A DNA stretch of 25,357 bases, from UHGV virus genome UHGV-1360109, one strand, 5' to 3'. This document shows, one piece after another, positions 17,230 to 25,357 of this stretch. The position numbers and the translations under genes were made by a program. The notes beneath the pieces are model-generated. The model saw nothing but the letters and a program-made list of their open reading frames with translations. It made no database searches and was not told the origin of the DNA. The stretch is from a virus. Each line of letters starts with the position of its first letter. Within the stretch, counting starts at the first letter, position 1.

Positions 17230-20175
17230 ATGACAGACATTACAGCCAATGTTGTGGTAAGCATGCCTTCGCAACTCTTCACTATGGCGCGTTCTTTTAA
17301 AGCCGTAGCTAATGGCAAAATTTATATCGGTAAAATTGACACTGATCCTGTAAATCCAGAAAACCAGATTCAGGTCTATGTGGAGAATGAAGACGGTTCT
17401 CACGTTCCTGTTTCGCAACCAATAATCATTAACGCTGCTGGATATTCTGTATATAACGGACAGATTGCCAAATTCGTTACCGTGCAAGGCCATTCTATGG
17501 CTGTTTATGATGCGTATGGTGCGCAGCAGTTCTATTTTCCTAATGTGCTGAAGTATGACCCTGATCAACTACGGCAGCAATTAGAAGACCCAGATGGAGC
17601 GAATAAATACCCAAAACTTCAGATAGCAAGATGGAGAGACAGTTATGATGTAAGAGGTTGGGGGGCTATTGGTGATGGTGTTCATGATGATACATCAGCT
17701 CTATCAGAATTACTTTCTGTTGCAACAGGTGGTGAAAAGATAGATGGGCGAGGGCTTACTTTTAAAGTATCAACTCTTCCGGATGTCAGTCGATTTAAAA
17801 ATGCTCGTTTTTTATTTGAGAGAATACCGGGCCAGCCTCTTTTTTATGCTTCTGAAGATTTTATCCAGGGAGAGTTATTTAAAATTACAGATACACCGTG
17901 GTACAACGCCTGGACGCAGGATAAAACGTTTGTATATGACAATGTCATCTATGCGCCTTTTATGGCTGGAGACCGCCATGGTGTAAATAACCTCCATGTT
18001 GCATGGGTTCGCTCAGGAGATGACGGGAAGACCTGGACAACGCCGGAATGGCTTACAGATTTACATGAAAACTATCCCACAGTTAACTATCACTGCATGA
18101 GTATGGGGGTTGTCAGAAATCGCCTTTTTGCTGTAATTGAGACGCGGACCGTGAGAGGAAATAAACTGCAGGTTGCAGAGTTGTGGGATCGCCCAATGAG
18201 TCGCAGCCTTCGCGTTTATGGTGGTATAACGAAAGCAGCAAATCAGCAAGTCGCTTATATTCGCATTACTGATCACGGATTATTTGCTGGTGATTTTGTC
18301 AACTTCTCAAACTCTGGTGTTACAGATGTTACCGGGAATATGACGGTGACTACTGTTATTGATAAAAATACCTTTACAGTTACGACGCAAAATACCCAGG
18401 ATGTGGATCAGAATAACGAGGGTAGATACTGGAGTTTTGGTACATCATTTCACTCGTCACCATGGAGAAAAACCAGTCTTGGAACTATTCCTTCTTTTGT
18501 TGACGGAAGCACTCCTGTTACTGAGATTCACAGTTTTGCGACGATTAGCGATAACAGTTTTGCTGTTGGCTACCATAATGGTGATATTGGTCCACGCGAG
18601 CTTGGGATACTCTATTTCTCTGATGCTTTCGGTTCTCCTGGTAGCTTTGTTCGCAGACGCATACCTGCAGAATATGAGGCGAATGCATCTGAGCCATGTG
18701 TAAAATATTATGATGGCATTCTGTATCTGACGACCAGGGGGACATTAAGTACTCAACCCGGTAGTTCATTGCACAGAAGCTCTGATTTAGGTACATCATG
18801 GAATTCTCTTCGCTTCCCAAATAATGTTCATCACTCAAACCTTCCTTTTGCCAAAGTTGGCGATGAGCTGATTATTTTTGGCAGTGAGCGCGCATTTGGT
18901 GAGTGGGAAGGAGGAGAACCTGATAACCGTTATGCAGGAAATTATCCAAGAACATTTATGACCAGAGTTAACGTCAATGAGTGGAGTCTGGATAATGTAG
19001 AGTGGGTTAATGTTACTGATCAGATTTATCAGGGCGGAATAGTTAACTCTGCGGTTGGTGTTGGTTCAGTTTGTATCAAAGACAACTGGCTGTACTACAT
19101 TTTCGGTGGGGAAGATTTTCTAAACCCATGGAGCATAGGGGATAACAACAGAAAATATCCTTATGTTCACGATGGTCACCCGGCTGATTTGTATTGTTTC
19201 AGGGTGAAAATTAAACAGGAAGAATTTGTTTCAAGGGATTTTGTCTACGGAGCCACTCCTAACAGAACGCTTCCTACTTTTATGTCGACGTCAGGCGTGA
19301 GGACGGTTCCTGTACCCGTTGATTTCACAGATGATGTTGCCGTCCAGTCACTGACTGTCCATGCAGGTACATCAGGACAAGTTCGCGCGGAAGTCAAACT
19401 TGAGGGTAATTACGCCATTATTGCGAAGAAAGTACCGTCTGATGATGTTACCGCTCAGAGATTAATCGTTAGCGGCGGTGAAACAACGTCTTCAGCAGAT
19501 GGTGCAATGATAACGTTGCATGGTTCCAGAAGCAGTACTCCACGTCGCGCGGTATATAACGCACTCGAACATCTTTTTGAGAACGGAGATGTTAAACCTT
19601 ATCTTGATAATGTAAATGCTCTTGGTGGTCCGGGAAACAGGTTCTCGATAGTTTATCTTGGCTCCAATCCTGTGGTTACCAGTGACGGAACATTAAAGAC
19701 AGAGCCGGTCTCTCCTGACGAAACATTGCTGGATGCCTGGGGTGACGTCAGGTATATCGCTTATAAATGGCTGAACGCTGTCGCTATAAAGGGGGAAGAA
19801 GGGGCGAGGATACATCATGGTGTAATCGCGCAGCAACTTCGTGATGTTCTTATTTCTCACGGACTCATGGAAGAAGAAAGCACAACATGCCGCTATGCGT
19901 TTCTTTGCTATGACGATTATCCCGCAGTATATGATGACGTCATTACTGGCCAAAGGGAAATGCCGCTGACTGATAATGACGGGAGCATCATTGTTGATGA
20001 GGATGATAATCCAGTGATGGTAATGGAAGACATCATTGAGCGCGTTGAAATAACGCCAGCAGGATCTAGATGGGGGGTCAGGCCTGATCTCTTATTCTAT
20101 ATCGAGGCGGCATGGCAGCGCAGAGAAATGGATAAGATAAAAGCTAGGTTAGACTTAATAGAAGGGAAGCACTAA
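17230..20175 (+). CDS. tailspike: P22 gp9-like head-binding N-terminus fused to an endosialidase body with a C-terminal intramolecular chaperone domain
   Basis: 981 aa; first ~110 aa ([59 protein letters not shown]...[15 protein letters not shown]...VLKYDPDQ) match the P22 tailspike N-terminus; Asp-box motifs SGDDGKTW and SSDLGTSW; TSDGTLK near the C-terminal ~160 aa fits the Ser-Lys auto-cleaving chaperone pattern; GGAG RBS. Confidence 0.88.
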   Translation: MTDITANVVVSMPSQLFTMARSFKAVANGKIYIGKIDTDPVNPENQIQVYVENEDGSHVPVSQPIIINAAGYSVYNGQIAKFVTVQGHSMAVYDAYGAQQFYFPNVLKYDPDQLRQQLEDPDGANKYPKLQIARWRDSYDVRGWGAIGDGVHDDTSALSELLSVATGGEKIDGRGLTFKVSTLPDVSRFKNARFLFERIPGQPLFYASEDFIQGELFKITDTPWYNAWTQDKTFVYDNVIYAPFMAGDRHGVNNLHVAWVRSGDDGKTWTTPEWLTDLHENYPTVNYHCMSMGVVRNRLFAVIETRTVRGNKLQVAELWDRPMSRSLRVYGGITKAANQQVAYIRITDHGLFAGDFVNFSNSGVTDVTGNMTVTTVIDKNTFTVTTQNTQDVDQNNEGRYWSFGTSFHSSPWRKTSLGTIPSFVDGSTPVTEIHSFATISDNSFAVGYHNGDIGPRELGILYFSDAFGSPGSFVRRRIPAEYEANASEPCVKYYDGILYLTTRGTLSTQPGSSLHRSSDLGTSWNSLRFPNNVHHSNLPFAKVGDELIIFGSERAFGEWEGGEPDNRYAGNYPRTFMTRVNVNEWSLDNVEWVNVTDQIYQGGIVNSAVGVGSVCIKDNWLYYIFGGEDFLNPWSIGDNNRKYPYVHDGHPADLYCFRVKIKQEEFVSRDFVYGATPNRTLPTFMSTSGVRTVPVPVDFTDDVAVQSLTVHAGTSGQVRAEVKLEGNYAIIAKKVPSDDVTAQRLIVSGGETTSSADGAMITLHGSRSSTPRRAVYNALEHLFENGDVKPYLDNVNALGGPGNRFSIVYLGSNPVVTSDGTLKTEPVSPDETLLDAWGDVRYIAYKWLNAVAIKGEEGARIHHGVIAQQLRDVLISHGLMEEESTTCRYAFLCYDDYPAVYDDVITGQREMPLTDNDGSIIVDEDDNPVMVMEDIIERVEITPAGSRWGVRPDLLFYIEAAWQRREMDKIKARLDLIEGKH

Positions 20176-20321
20176 ATGTTTCGTTGGCGTCAAAAATATG
20201 AACTGCTCACATAAAGAAGTAAGTACATTGGCAAAAAACATTGACGTCAACGAAATTAAATATAAAACATCATGCAGACATATTACCAATATTAATATAA
20301 GGTAATAAAAATATAATTTAC

Positions 20322-20348
20322 AAAAAAGGCCCGTTGGAAGCGACGGGC
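20322..20348 (-). terminator. minus-strand rho-independent terminator beyond attP (possible tI/sib analogue)
   Basis: Minus strand reads GCCCGT-CGCTTCCA-ACGGGC followed by CTTTTTT; sits where leftward transcripts through int and att would end. Confidence 0.5.
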
Positions 20349-20654
20349 ATTAACCGCGGTAATGGATAAATTATTAATGTTTTTAGATTGTGAACGATAT
20401 CATATTGTGCGGAAGTAGTGAAGTAACCATGTAAAATGATTGTTTCATAGCCTATGAGACACACAAGGCTTTGTGCTCTTCGATAGTTGTTAAGGCGGAT
20501 CACTCTACCTTCTCATCAATCCAGTCCGCCCCCACTGCATCATTTCTCTGCGCTTATCGAGATACTGAGCATGGTTGTAAATTCAACTAACCCAGTCCGT
20601 TGACAAAAAATTAGCGCAAGAGGACAAAAAATCACCTTGCGCTAATGCTCTGCC

Positions 20655-20885
20655 TCAGGTCACTAATACTATCTAAGTAGTTGATTCATAGTGACTGGAT
20701 ATGTTGTGTTTTGTCGCGTTTTGCAGTCTATTATTTAATCATTAAGTAATCTAATACTATGATTTTTAAATTATTTATGTGGTTTTGTCATCCTTAAGGT
20801 GAATAAGTTGTATATTTAAAATATCTTTTGTTATCAATGAATTAATGTAAGCAGGTCATTATTAGTCAAAATAAAATCATTTGTC
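20655..20885. other. lambda-like attP region (arm-type Int sites); core not pinpointed
   Basis: CAGGTCACTAATACTATCTAAGTAGTTGATTCATAGTGACTGGATATGTTGTGTTTT (P arm) and AGGTCATTATTAGTCAAAATAAAATCATTTG (P' arm, overlapping the int 3' end) closely match lambda attP arm sequences; the central ~100 bp differs from lambda. Confidence 0.7.
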
Positions 20886-21950
20886 GATTTCAATTTTGTC
20901 CCATTCCCGTCCACGGCTGTCCCTATACCGCGCCGCCATTGAATCTGATTTATGCCCGAGAAGACGTTGAGCAAACTTATCGCCAATCTGGTTCCGGTAT
21001 AGCCTCGCTGACAGGCTACGCAGTTCATGGAATGTTGGCGGGTTTCCATCAAATGAGAGTCCAGATGCATTTCTCGCCTTTGTAAAATACTTTGATACTG
21101 TTTTCGGGGAAAGCGGATCGTGATGCTTTGATGCGATTATAGTTTCACTGCTGCTGGCCTCCCTGCATTTCTGTAGTGTATCAGCCAATGAGATATTGAG
21201 CGCGTCAATCGTTAGCGTTAGCGGAATGGCGAGTTTAGCCCCTGTTTTACTCTGTTCAATGTGAAGATGGTTGTCGTTTATGTCTGACCATTTCATTCTG
21301 CACAAATCGCCGACTCTCTGCCCTGTAACGACGGCCAAATCCATCGCCAGCCTTAGCCAGATAGGGAGAGGTTCGGCTGCATGGTAAATCTCGACATACT
21401 CATTAGCTGTCAGCCTTGAGCGCCTTACTTCTGACTTTGCTGTACGGGTTGCTGTTACCGGATTCGTTGCCACATGCCCCTCGGCTATTGCTTCACGAAA
21501 AACGTCAACAAGGGTTGACCTGATTAATTTTGCGGAAGCTGCTTTACCTTCCGCTACGTAGGTGTTTAGCATTGCTGCCACATCTTTCGTTGATATGTCA
21601 GTGAGCGGTTTGTCCGGCAATTTTCTTCGGATTGCCCTGATTTTGCTGGCGTAGTCGAGTAGAGTTTTCGGCCTGATCCCCCTTTCGGTGAGGATTCTTT
21701 CATATCGGTCAAGCCACACATGAAGAGTGATTGCGTCACCGCCTTTAATTCTGTCTATCAGTGATTTGCGTCCGCTGTCTGAGAGTAACTCAATATTGGC
21801 CTGTATTGCTTCAGTGATTGCTATCCTCCTGTCTCGGCCTAATCCAAACTCTTTACCCGTCCTTGGGTCCCTGTAGCAGTAATATCCATTGTTTCTTATA
21901 TAAAGGTTAGGGGGTAAATCCCGGCGCTCATGACTTCGCCTTCTTCCCAT
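20877..21950 (-). CDS. int: integrase, lambda Int family tyrosine recombinase
   Basis: 357 aa; N-terminus MGRRRSHERRDLPPNLYIRNNGYYCYRDPRTGKEFGLGRDRRIAITEAIQAN and C-terminus HELRSLSARLY...LLGHKSD...YRD.RGREWDKIEI match lambda Int as I recall it. Confidence 0.95.
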   Translation of the reverse strand: MGRRRSHERRDLPPNLYIRNNGYYCYRDPRTGKEFGLGRDRRIAITEAIQANIELLSDSGRKSLIDRIKGGDAITLHVWLDRYERILTERGIRPKTLLDYASKIRAIRRKLPDKPLTDISTKDVAAMLNTYVAEGKAASAKLIRSTLVDVFREAIAEGHVATNPVTATRTAKSEVRRSRLTANEYVEIYHAAEPLPIWLRLAMDLAVVTGQRVGDLCRMKWSDINDNHLHIEQSKTGAKLAIPLTLTIDALNISLADTLQKCREASSSETIIASKHHDPLSPKTVSKYFTKARNASGLSFDGNPPTFHELRSLSARLYRNQIGDKFAQRLLGHKSDSMAARYRDSRGREWDKIEIDK

Positions 21951-22146
21951 TTCTGATCCTCTTCAAAAGGCTACCTGTTACTGGTCGATTTAAGTCAACC
22001 TTTACCGCTGATTCGTGGAACAGATACTCTCTTCCATCCTTAACCGGAGGAGGGAATATCCTGCATTCGCGCACCCATCGACGAACTGTTTCAAGGCTTC
22101 TTGGGCGTCGCTGGCGAGCGTTCCACTCCTGAAGTGTCAAGTACAT
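21928..22146 (-). CDS. xis: excisionase
   Basis: 72 aa (MYLTLQEWNARQRRPRSLETVRRWVRECRIFPPPVKDGREYLFHESAVKVDLNRPVTGSLLKRIRNGKKAKS), essentially lambda Xis; overlaps the int start as in lambda. Confidence 0.95.
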   Translation of the reverse strand: MYLTLQEWNARQRRPRSLETVRRWVRECRIFPPPVKDGREYLFHESAVKVDLNRPVTGSLLKRIRNGKKAKS

Positions 22147-22203
22147 CGCAAAGTCTCCGCAATTACTCGCAAGGGAACGAGTAGTGGTTGATTTTTCTCC
22201 AAC

Positions 22204-22223
22204 AAAAAAGGAGCCGAAGCTCC
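22204..22223 (-). terminator. minus-strand rho-independent terminator between the antirepressor-like gene and xis
   Basis: Minus strand reads GGAGC-TTCG-GCTCC followed by TTTTTTG. Confidence 0.6.
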
Positions 22224-22231
22224 TTTGATGA

Positions 22232-22855
22232 TTAAAATTCGAATTGTCTCGCCCGAAGGCTTTTCAACATTGGTCTTGCCCGTTCGAAAACGGCGCTTGC
22301 CTGGTCAAGTCGTGTCGCCTCCCTGAGCAGTACATCTCTGTTTTTCGTCACCGCATAGAAGGTTTCAAACGCAATGTCATACAGCTTACTCGCGTATGAT
22401 GAGTTAAGTTCCTTCATTATCGGGTACAGGCGTTTGCAGATGTCCTGTGCATTCTCCATCTGTACCTGCATGTAGCAGAGGAGGATGATTTCCTCGTCTG
22501 TGAATTGCTGCGCTGGTTGCATGCTGCGAAGTTTCTTTTCGCACTCGATGAAGTATCGGCGTATCTGGCGGCCTTTTTCGTTGCGCTCGACCATCGCAGT
22601 TTCTTTGGCCGTATCGAGGGTGAGGTGATAGTCTTTGCTACGGCGATCGCCTCCTCGACCTTTGATTTCCCGATTTGGGGAAACCAAAATATAGTCCTGA
22701 TTTTCAACGAAACCATATTCAGCAATGCGTTCTGTAATCCACGATGCAAAGCGTTTACCTACCCCAAGAAAAGTATGTAAATCGCGAGCATTAACGAGAA
22801 GAGTGGTTTCGTTGGCGATAGTGCCGTTGAATACGGGGATGAGTTGAATAGCCAT
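22232..22855 (-). CDS. antirepressor-like protein (Bro-N/AntA-type N-terminal domain)
   Basis: 207 aa from ATG 22855 with AGGAG 9 nt upstream; N-terminus MAIQLIPVFNGTIANETTLLVNARDLHTFLGVGKRFASWITERIAEYGFVENQDYI resembles phage AntA/Bro-N domains; ORF-track start at 22891 is a longer alternative. Confidence 0.65.
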   Translation of the reverse strand: MAIQLIPVFNGTIANETTLLVNARDLHTFLGVGKRFASWITERIAEYGFVENQDYILVSPNREIKGRGGDRRSKDYHLTLDTAKETAMVERNEKGRQIRRYFIECEKKLRSMQPAQQFTDEEIILLCYMQVQMENAQDICKRLYPIMKELNSSYASKLYDIAFETFYAVTKNRDVLLREATRLDQASAVFERARPMLKSLRARQFEF

Positions 22856-23196
22856 AATCATGACTCCTGACGTTTTAGTATTGACTGCCACCTTAGTGGG
22901 GTGGCGGGCTTCAACTACCGCGTCAGACGGCGGAGCTTATTTCCCGAAAGGGTGTTCTATTAGGCTCTCTCGACCCGCCATAGATATGGCGATACCTGTA
23001 AACAGGCATAAAAAAGCCGCAAAGCTATCGGGTGCGGTTGACCGCTGACGTTGTAGTGCGGTCAGTATGCGATAGCTCTGGCGGATTTGTCAAATCATGT
23101 AGCCTTTATCCTGCTGTAAGCCGCGCCATTCGGGATTTTCCCCATATTTGGGGAAAACTATCTGCGAAGTATTCACCTTTGACGGCAAGTTGCAGG

Positions 23197-23484
23197 TTAG
23201 CCACGACCTTCCTCCTTTGGCTTGTGAATTTGTATCGTCATGCCGCTTTGAGTGGTGACTACAATGACAGAACCAGGCTGAAGGCTGTTAAGATTGAATG
23301 CTTCGTAAAATGAATCCAATGCCAGTGCTTTTTTATTCTTTCGGTTCCACCAACGCCATCCCTTGCTACAGGCTACACTGACAATCCACTGTCCACTCCT
23401 GTAAGCCATATAAAACCAGATGAGCAAAACCTGAAGGAAGGCTATCCAGTCAATAATCGTATATTTCGCGAAGGAGTCCATCAC
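23197..23484 (-). CDS. small membrane protein, unknown function
   Basis: 95 aa; one hydrophobic segment (IIDWIAFLQVLLIWFYMAY) followed by a basic patch; ATG overlaps the stop of the upstream DUF551 gene (ATGA). Confidence 0.5.
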   Translation of the reverse strand: MMDSFAKYTIIDWIAFLQVLLIWFYMAYRSGQWIVSVACSKGWRWWNRKNKKALALDSFYEAFNLNSLQPGSVIVVTTQSGMTIQIHKPKEEGRG

Positions 23485-24254
23485 TTCACCTCCTGCGGCG
23501 GTTCTGGTAGCGGCATCCAGTGGGTTACGAGAACATACTCGACATCACCCTCAGGACTGTCATAGAACAATCCAGAGTGGGATTCGTAGAATGCGATGTA
23601 ACGCCACCCTGAATGAGTTTGAACAACAACTTCCTGCCCGTCATCCGGCATTCGCTCACTACAGCTTATCCAACCATCCGGAGTAACCGGATAGTTGCGC
23701 ATTGCGACCTTAAATGCCTCATAGAAGCAACCTTTCAGATTGTTGAACTGACGCCCATTTAGAGGGCCGTGTTCTGTCAGCATGTTGTGTAATTTCCATG
23801 TCGCGTCGTTTACTTCGTTGGATGACATGGGAGGCAACTTGTAAGCCTGGCTTACAGGTTCGGCACTATGAAGCATGGCTGCGCGGCAGGCGTTCCAACC
23901 ACGAGTCTTGCCTAACTGGTAAACATCTGATGGAGGCATGTAATCAATATCATTGCCATGATAGTTTTCTTCTTCTGGTAGAGCATCGGGAACTTTCAGT
24001 GCTGGCGGTGCGGTGTATAACGGAATCCTGCTTTCTCCGCTTATCTTGTCTGTGACATCAGACCAAATGCGACCGCGACTTATGGCGCTATAGATTAAGT
24101 CTTCGAGCATCCTTTTTCCTATGAAAGCCACAGGCTCTGCTTCCAGCGATGCCAGTGCAATTCGTGCCAGTTCCATTTGTTCGCCACGGGTAAGTCCGTT
24201 ATCAAGCGGATTTTTAATGAATAATTCGATACGTTCTTTGGTAATAGTGGTCAT
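23481..24254 (-). CDS. DUF551-domain protein
   Basis: 257 aa; C-terminal block WISCSERMPDDGQEVVVQTHSGWRYIAFYESHSGLFY...VTHWMPLPEPP is typical of the DUF551 domain common in lambdoid early-left regions; AAGGTGA RBS. Confidence 0.72.
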   Translation of the reverse strand: MTTITKERIELFIKNPLDNGLTRGEQMELARIALASLEAEPVAFIGKRMLEDLIYSAISRGRIWSDVTDKISGESRIPLYTAPPALKVPDALPEEENYHGNDIDYMPPSDVYQLGKTRGWNACRAAMLHSAEPVSQAYKLPPMSSNEVNDATWKLHNMLTEHGPLNGRQFNNLKGCFYEAFKVAMRNYPVTPDGWISCSERMPDDGQEVVVQTHSGWRYIAFYESHSGLFYDSPEGDVEYVLVTHWMPLPEPPQEVK

Positions 24255-24256
24255 AG

Positions 24257-24448
24257 CTATTTCACCTTAATCTCAACATTTCGCAGCTTTAGCTCTACTG
24301 GCAGGTCTGACTTTCCTGTTAATGCTAATGCGAGATTTTCTGGAGTAATGAGAGCAGTTATTGTTTTCCCCATCGCCAGACGAATAATCATTCGTATCTC
24401 GCAATCGTCACATGCTCCAGGTCGAACAATTGATATTTGTCCATTCAT
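24257..24448 (-). CDS. small hypothetical protein
   Basis: 63 aa from ATG 24448 (MNGQISIVRPG...), with AGGAG 8 nt upstream and start 1 nt after the Ea22-like stop; the ORF-track start at 24502 would overlap the upstream gene by 53 nt. Confidence 0.45.
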   Translation of the reverse strand: MNGQISIVRPGACDDCEIRMIIRLAMGKTITALITPENLALALTGKSDLPVELKLRNVEIKVK

Positions 24449-24449
24449 C

Positions 24450-25055
24450 TCACGCTCCTTTGATGCGAATGCCAGCGACGCGTAATGCGTGTTCCAGGTC
24501 AATCAGGTAAAGCCAACTGCCATTTTCTTTAGGTATCATGACATGTCGCTCATCTGCATTTATCGGGTGTCCATATCGAAGGTCGTAGCGAGTCGGTAAT
24601 TGAACTTCCCGCGCTTCCAGTTCAGCAATACGCTTCTCTGCGGCCTCTGCCCTGCATTGTTCCCGTTGGAACATTTTGTGGGTGCGGTCGAGCGCCTCAA
24701 GTCTAGCTGCTGATGTTTTCTCTTCTGCTTCAAGCTCAACGCGCAGCTTCCCTACCGTTAGCGCAATATCCTCGTTCTCCTGGTCGCGGGATTTGATGTA
24801 TTGCAGGTTTCTTTCCCGTTCATCCAGCAGCGCCTGCACTACTTCAGGGTTGAAAGCTGCGATATAACGAGCGTTGTTCTCTGCGTTTTTCTGTTCGTCG
24901 AATCCTGGCCAGTCGACAATATCTCCGTGATGATTATCACCTGGTGTGTGTACGGCGTACGTGCCGTATTTGCCCGGCGAAATAAATGCGACCCATTCGC
25001 CTTGTGTTGCCTGTTTTGCTATCTCACGCAGTGCCTGATAGTTAATTTTGGTCAT
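24450..25055 (-). CDS. Ead/Ea22-like protein
   Basis: 201 aa; N-terminus MTKINYQALREIAKQATQGEW is the characteristic Ea22-like start; coiled-coil-like middle. Confidence 0.75.
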   Translation of the reverse strand: MTKINYQALREIAKQATQGEWVAFISPGKYGTYAVHTPGDNHHGDIVDWPGFDEQKNAENNARYIAAFNPEVVQALLDERERNLQYIKSRDQENEDIALTVGKLRVELEAEEKTSAARLEALDRTHKMFQREQCRAEAAEKRIAELEAREVQLPTRYDLRYGHPINADERHVMIPKENGSWLYLIDLEHALRVAGIRIKGA

Positions 25056-25104
25056 ATCACATCACCCTGAAGCCGTTGCATTTACGTAAAAAATCGCAGA
25101 TATA

Positions 25105-25357
25105 GCCCTTCATTTTTTCGTGCCAATCTCGATCATTCCCATTGCACCAACCATCTGTTGGAATGCCGAATCACACATGGTTTTGCGTACTTGATATCGA
25201 TGGTATGGATGCGTTGGTTGACACTCGTCATTACTGCGATACCGCAACAGCTACTCCGGCGAAAGCAAAGAAAATGGCTGCTCTGATAGAAAACTGGACT
25301 CCACCTGATGGTTGGTGCAATGGGAATGATCGAGATTGGCACGAAAAAATGAAGGGC
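25105..25357. repeat. perfect 51-bp inverted repeat pair (25105-25155 and 25307-25357) around a 151-bp spacer
   Basis: Reverse complement of GCCCTTCATTTTTTCGTGCCAATCTCGATCATTCCCATTGCACCAACCATC equals 25307-25357 exactly; right arm is cut by the window end. Confidence 0.9.
25163..25357 (+). CDS. partial plus-strand ORF running off the window end (start uncertain: 25163, 25205 or 25274)
   Basis: Frame open from 25106 to the window edge; reads ...MAALIENWTPPDGWCNGNDRDWHEKMKG; no strong SD at any candidate start; absent from the ORF track, presumably because no stop is reached. Confidence 0.3.
   Translation, partial: MPNHTWFCVLDIDGMDALVDTRHYCDTATATPAKAKKMAALIENWTPPDGWCNGNDRDWHEKMKG

Noticed and set aside
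22860-23313. Plus-strand ORFs of 62 and 93 aa in the early-left intergenic region
   Set aside because: Opposite to operon polarity, no RBS, composition not protein-like; the second overlaps the C-terminus of the membrane-protein gene.
25133-25342. 69-aa minus-strand ORF spanning the inverted-repeat spacer
   Set aside because: No RBS and Cys/Ser-rich translation; the plus-strand frame open to the window edge is the more plausible reading.
1-25357. tRNA, rRNA, CRISPR arrays and IS elements
   Set aside because: No cloverleaf-like GC-rich ~75-nt segments, no regularly spaced direct repeats, and no transposase-like ORFs or terminal inverted repeats of IS type were seen; the integration module is phage-type Int/Xis.

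Overview
This window is a contiguous stretch of a temperate P22-like (Sf6/CUS-3-type) podovirus genome from an enterobacterial host, with a lambda-type integration module. No database search was run; all family calls rest on motifs and sequence I recognise by eye. Left to right: a complete plus-strand virion and packaging module (small and large terminase, portal, scaffold, coat, gp4, gp10, tail needle gp26, gp14-slot protein, ejection proteins gp7/gp20/gp16); an immI region with mnt, arc, ant and intact arc/mnt operators; a 981-aa tailspike that joins a P22 gp9-like head-binding N-terminus to an endosialidase body; a lambda-like attP with conserved Int arm-type sites; lambda-type int and xis; and minus-strand early-left accessory genes (antirepressor-like, DUF551, Ea22-like). 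The most interesting part is a four-gene cargo island between gene 16 and mnt, where P22 carries sieA. It encodes a ClpP-fold serine peptidase homologue translationally coupled to mnt, a YjzC-like small protein, a small HExxH putative metallopeptidase and a signal-peptide protein. A further small gene sits between arc and ant, and a perfect 51-bp inverted repeat lies at the right edge. No tRNA, rRNA or CRISPR array was seen. Because tailspike, attP and int are contiguous, the sequence is in the phage (attP) configuration, not an integrated prophage junction.
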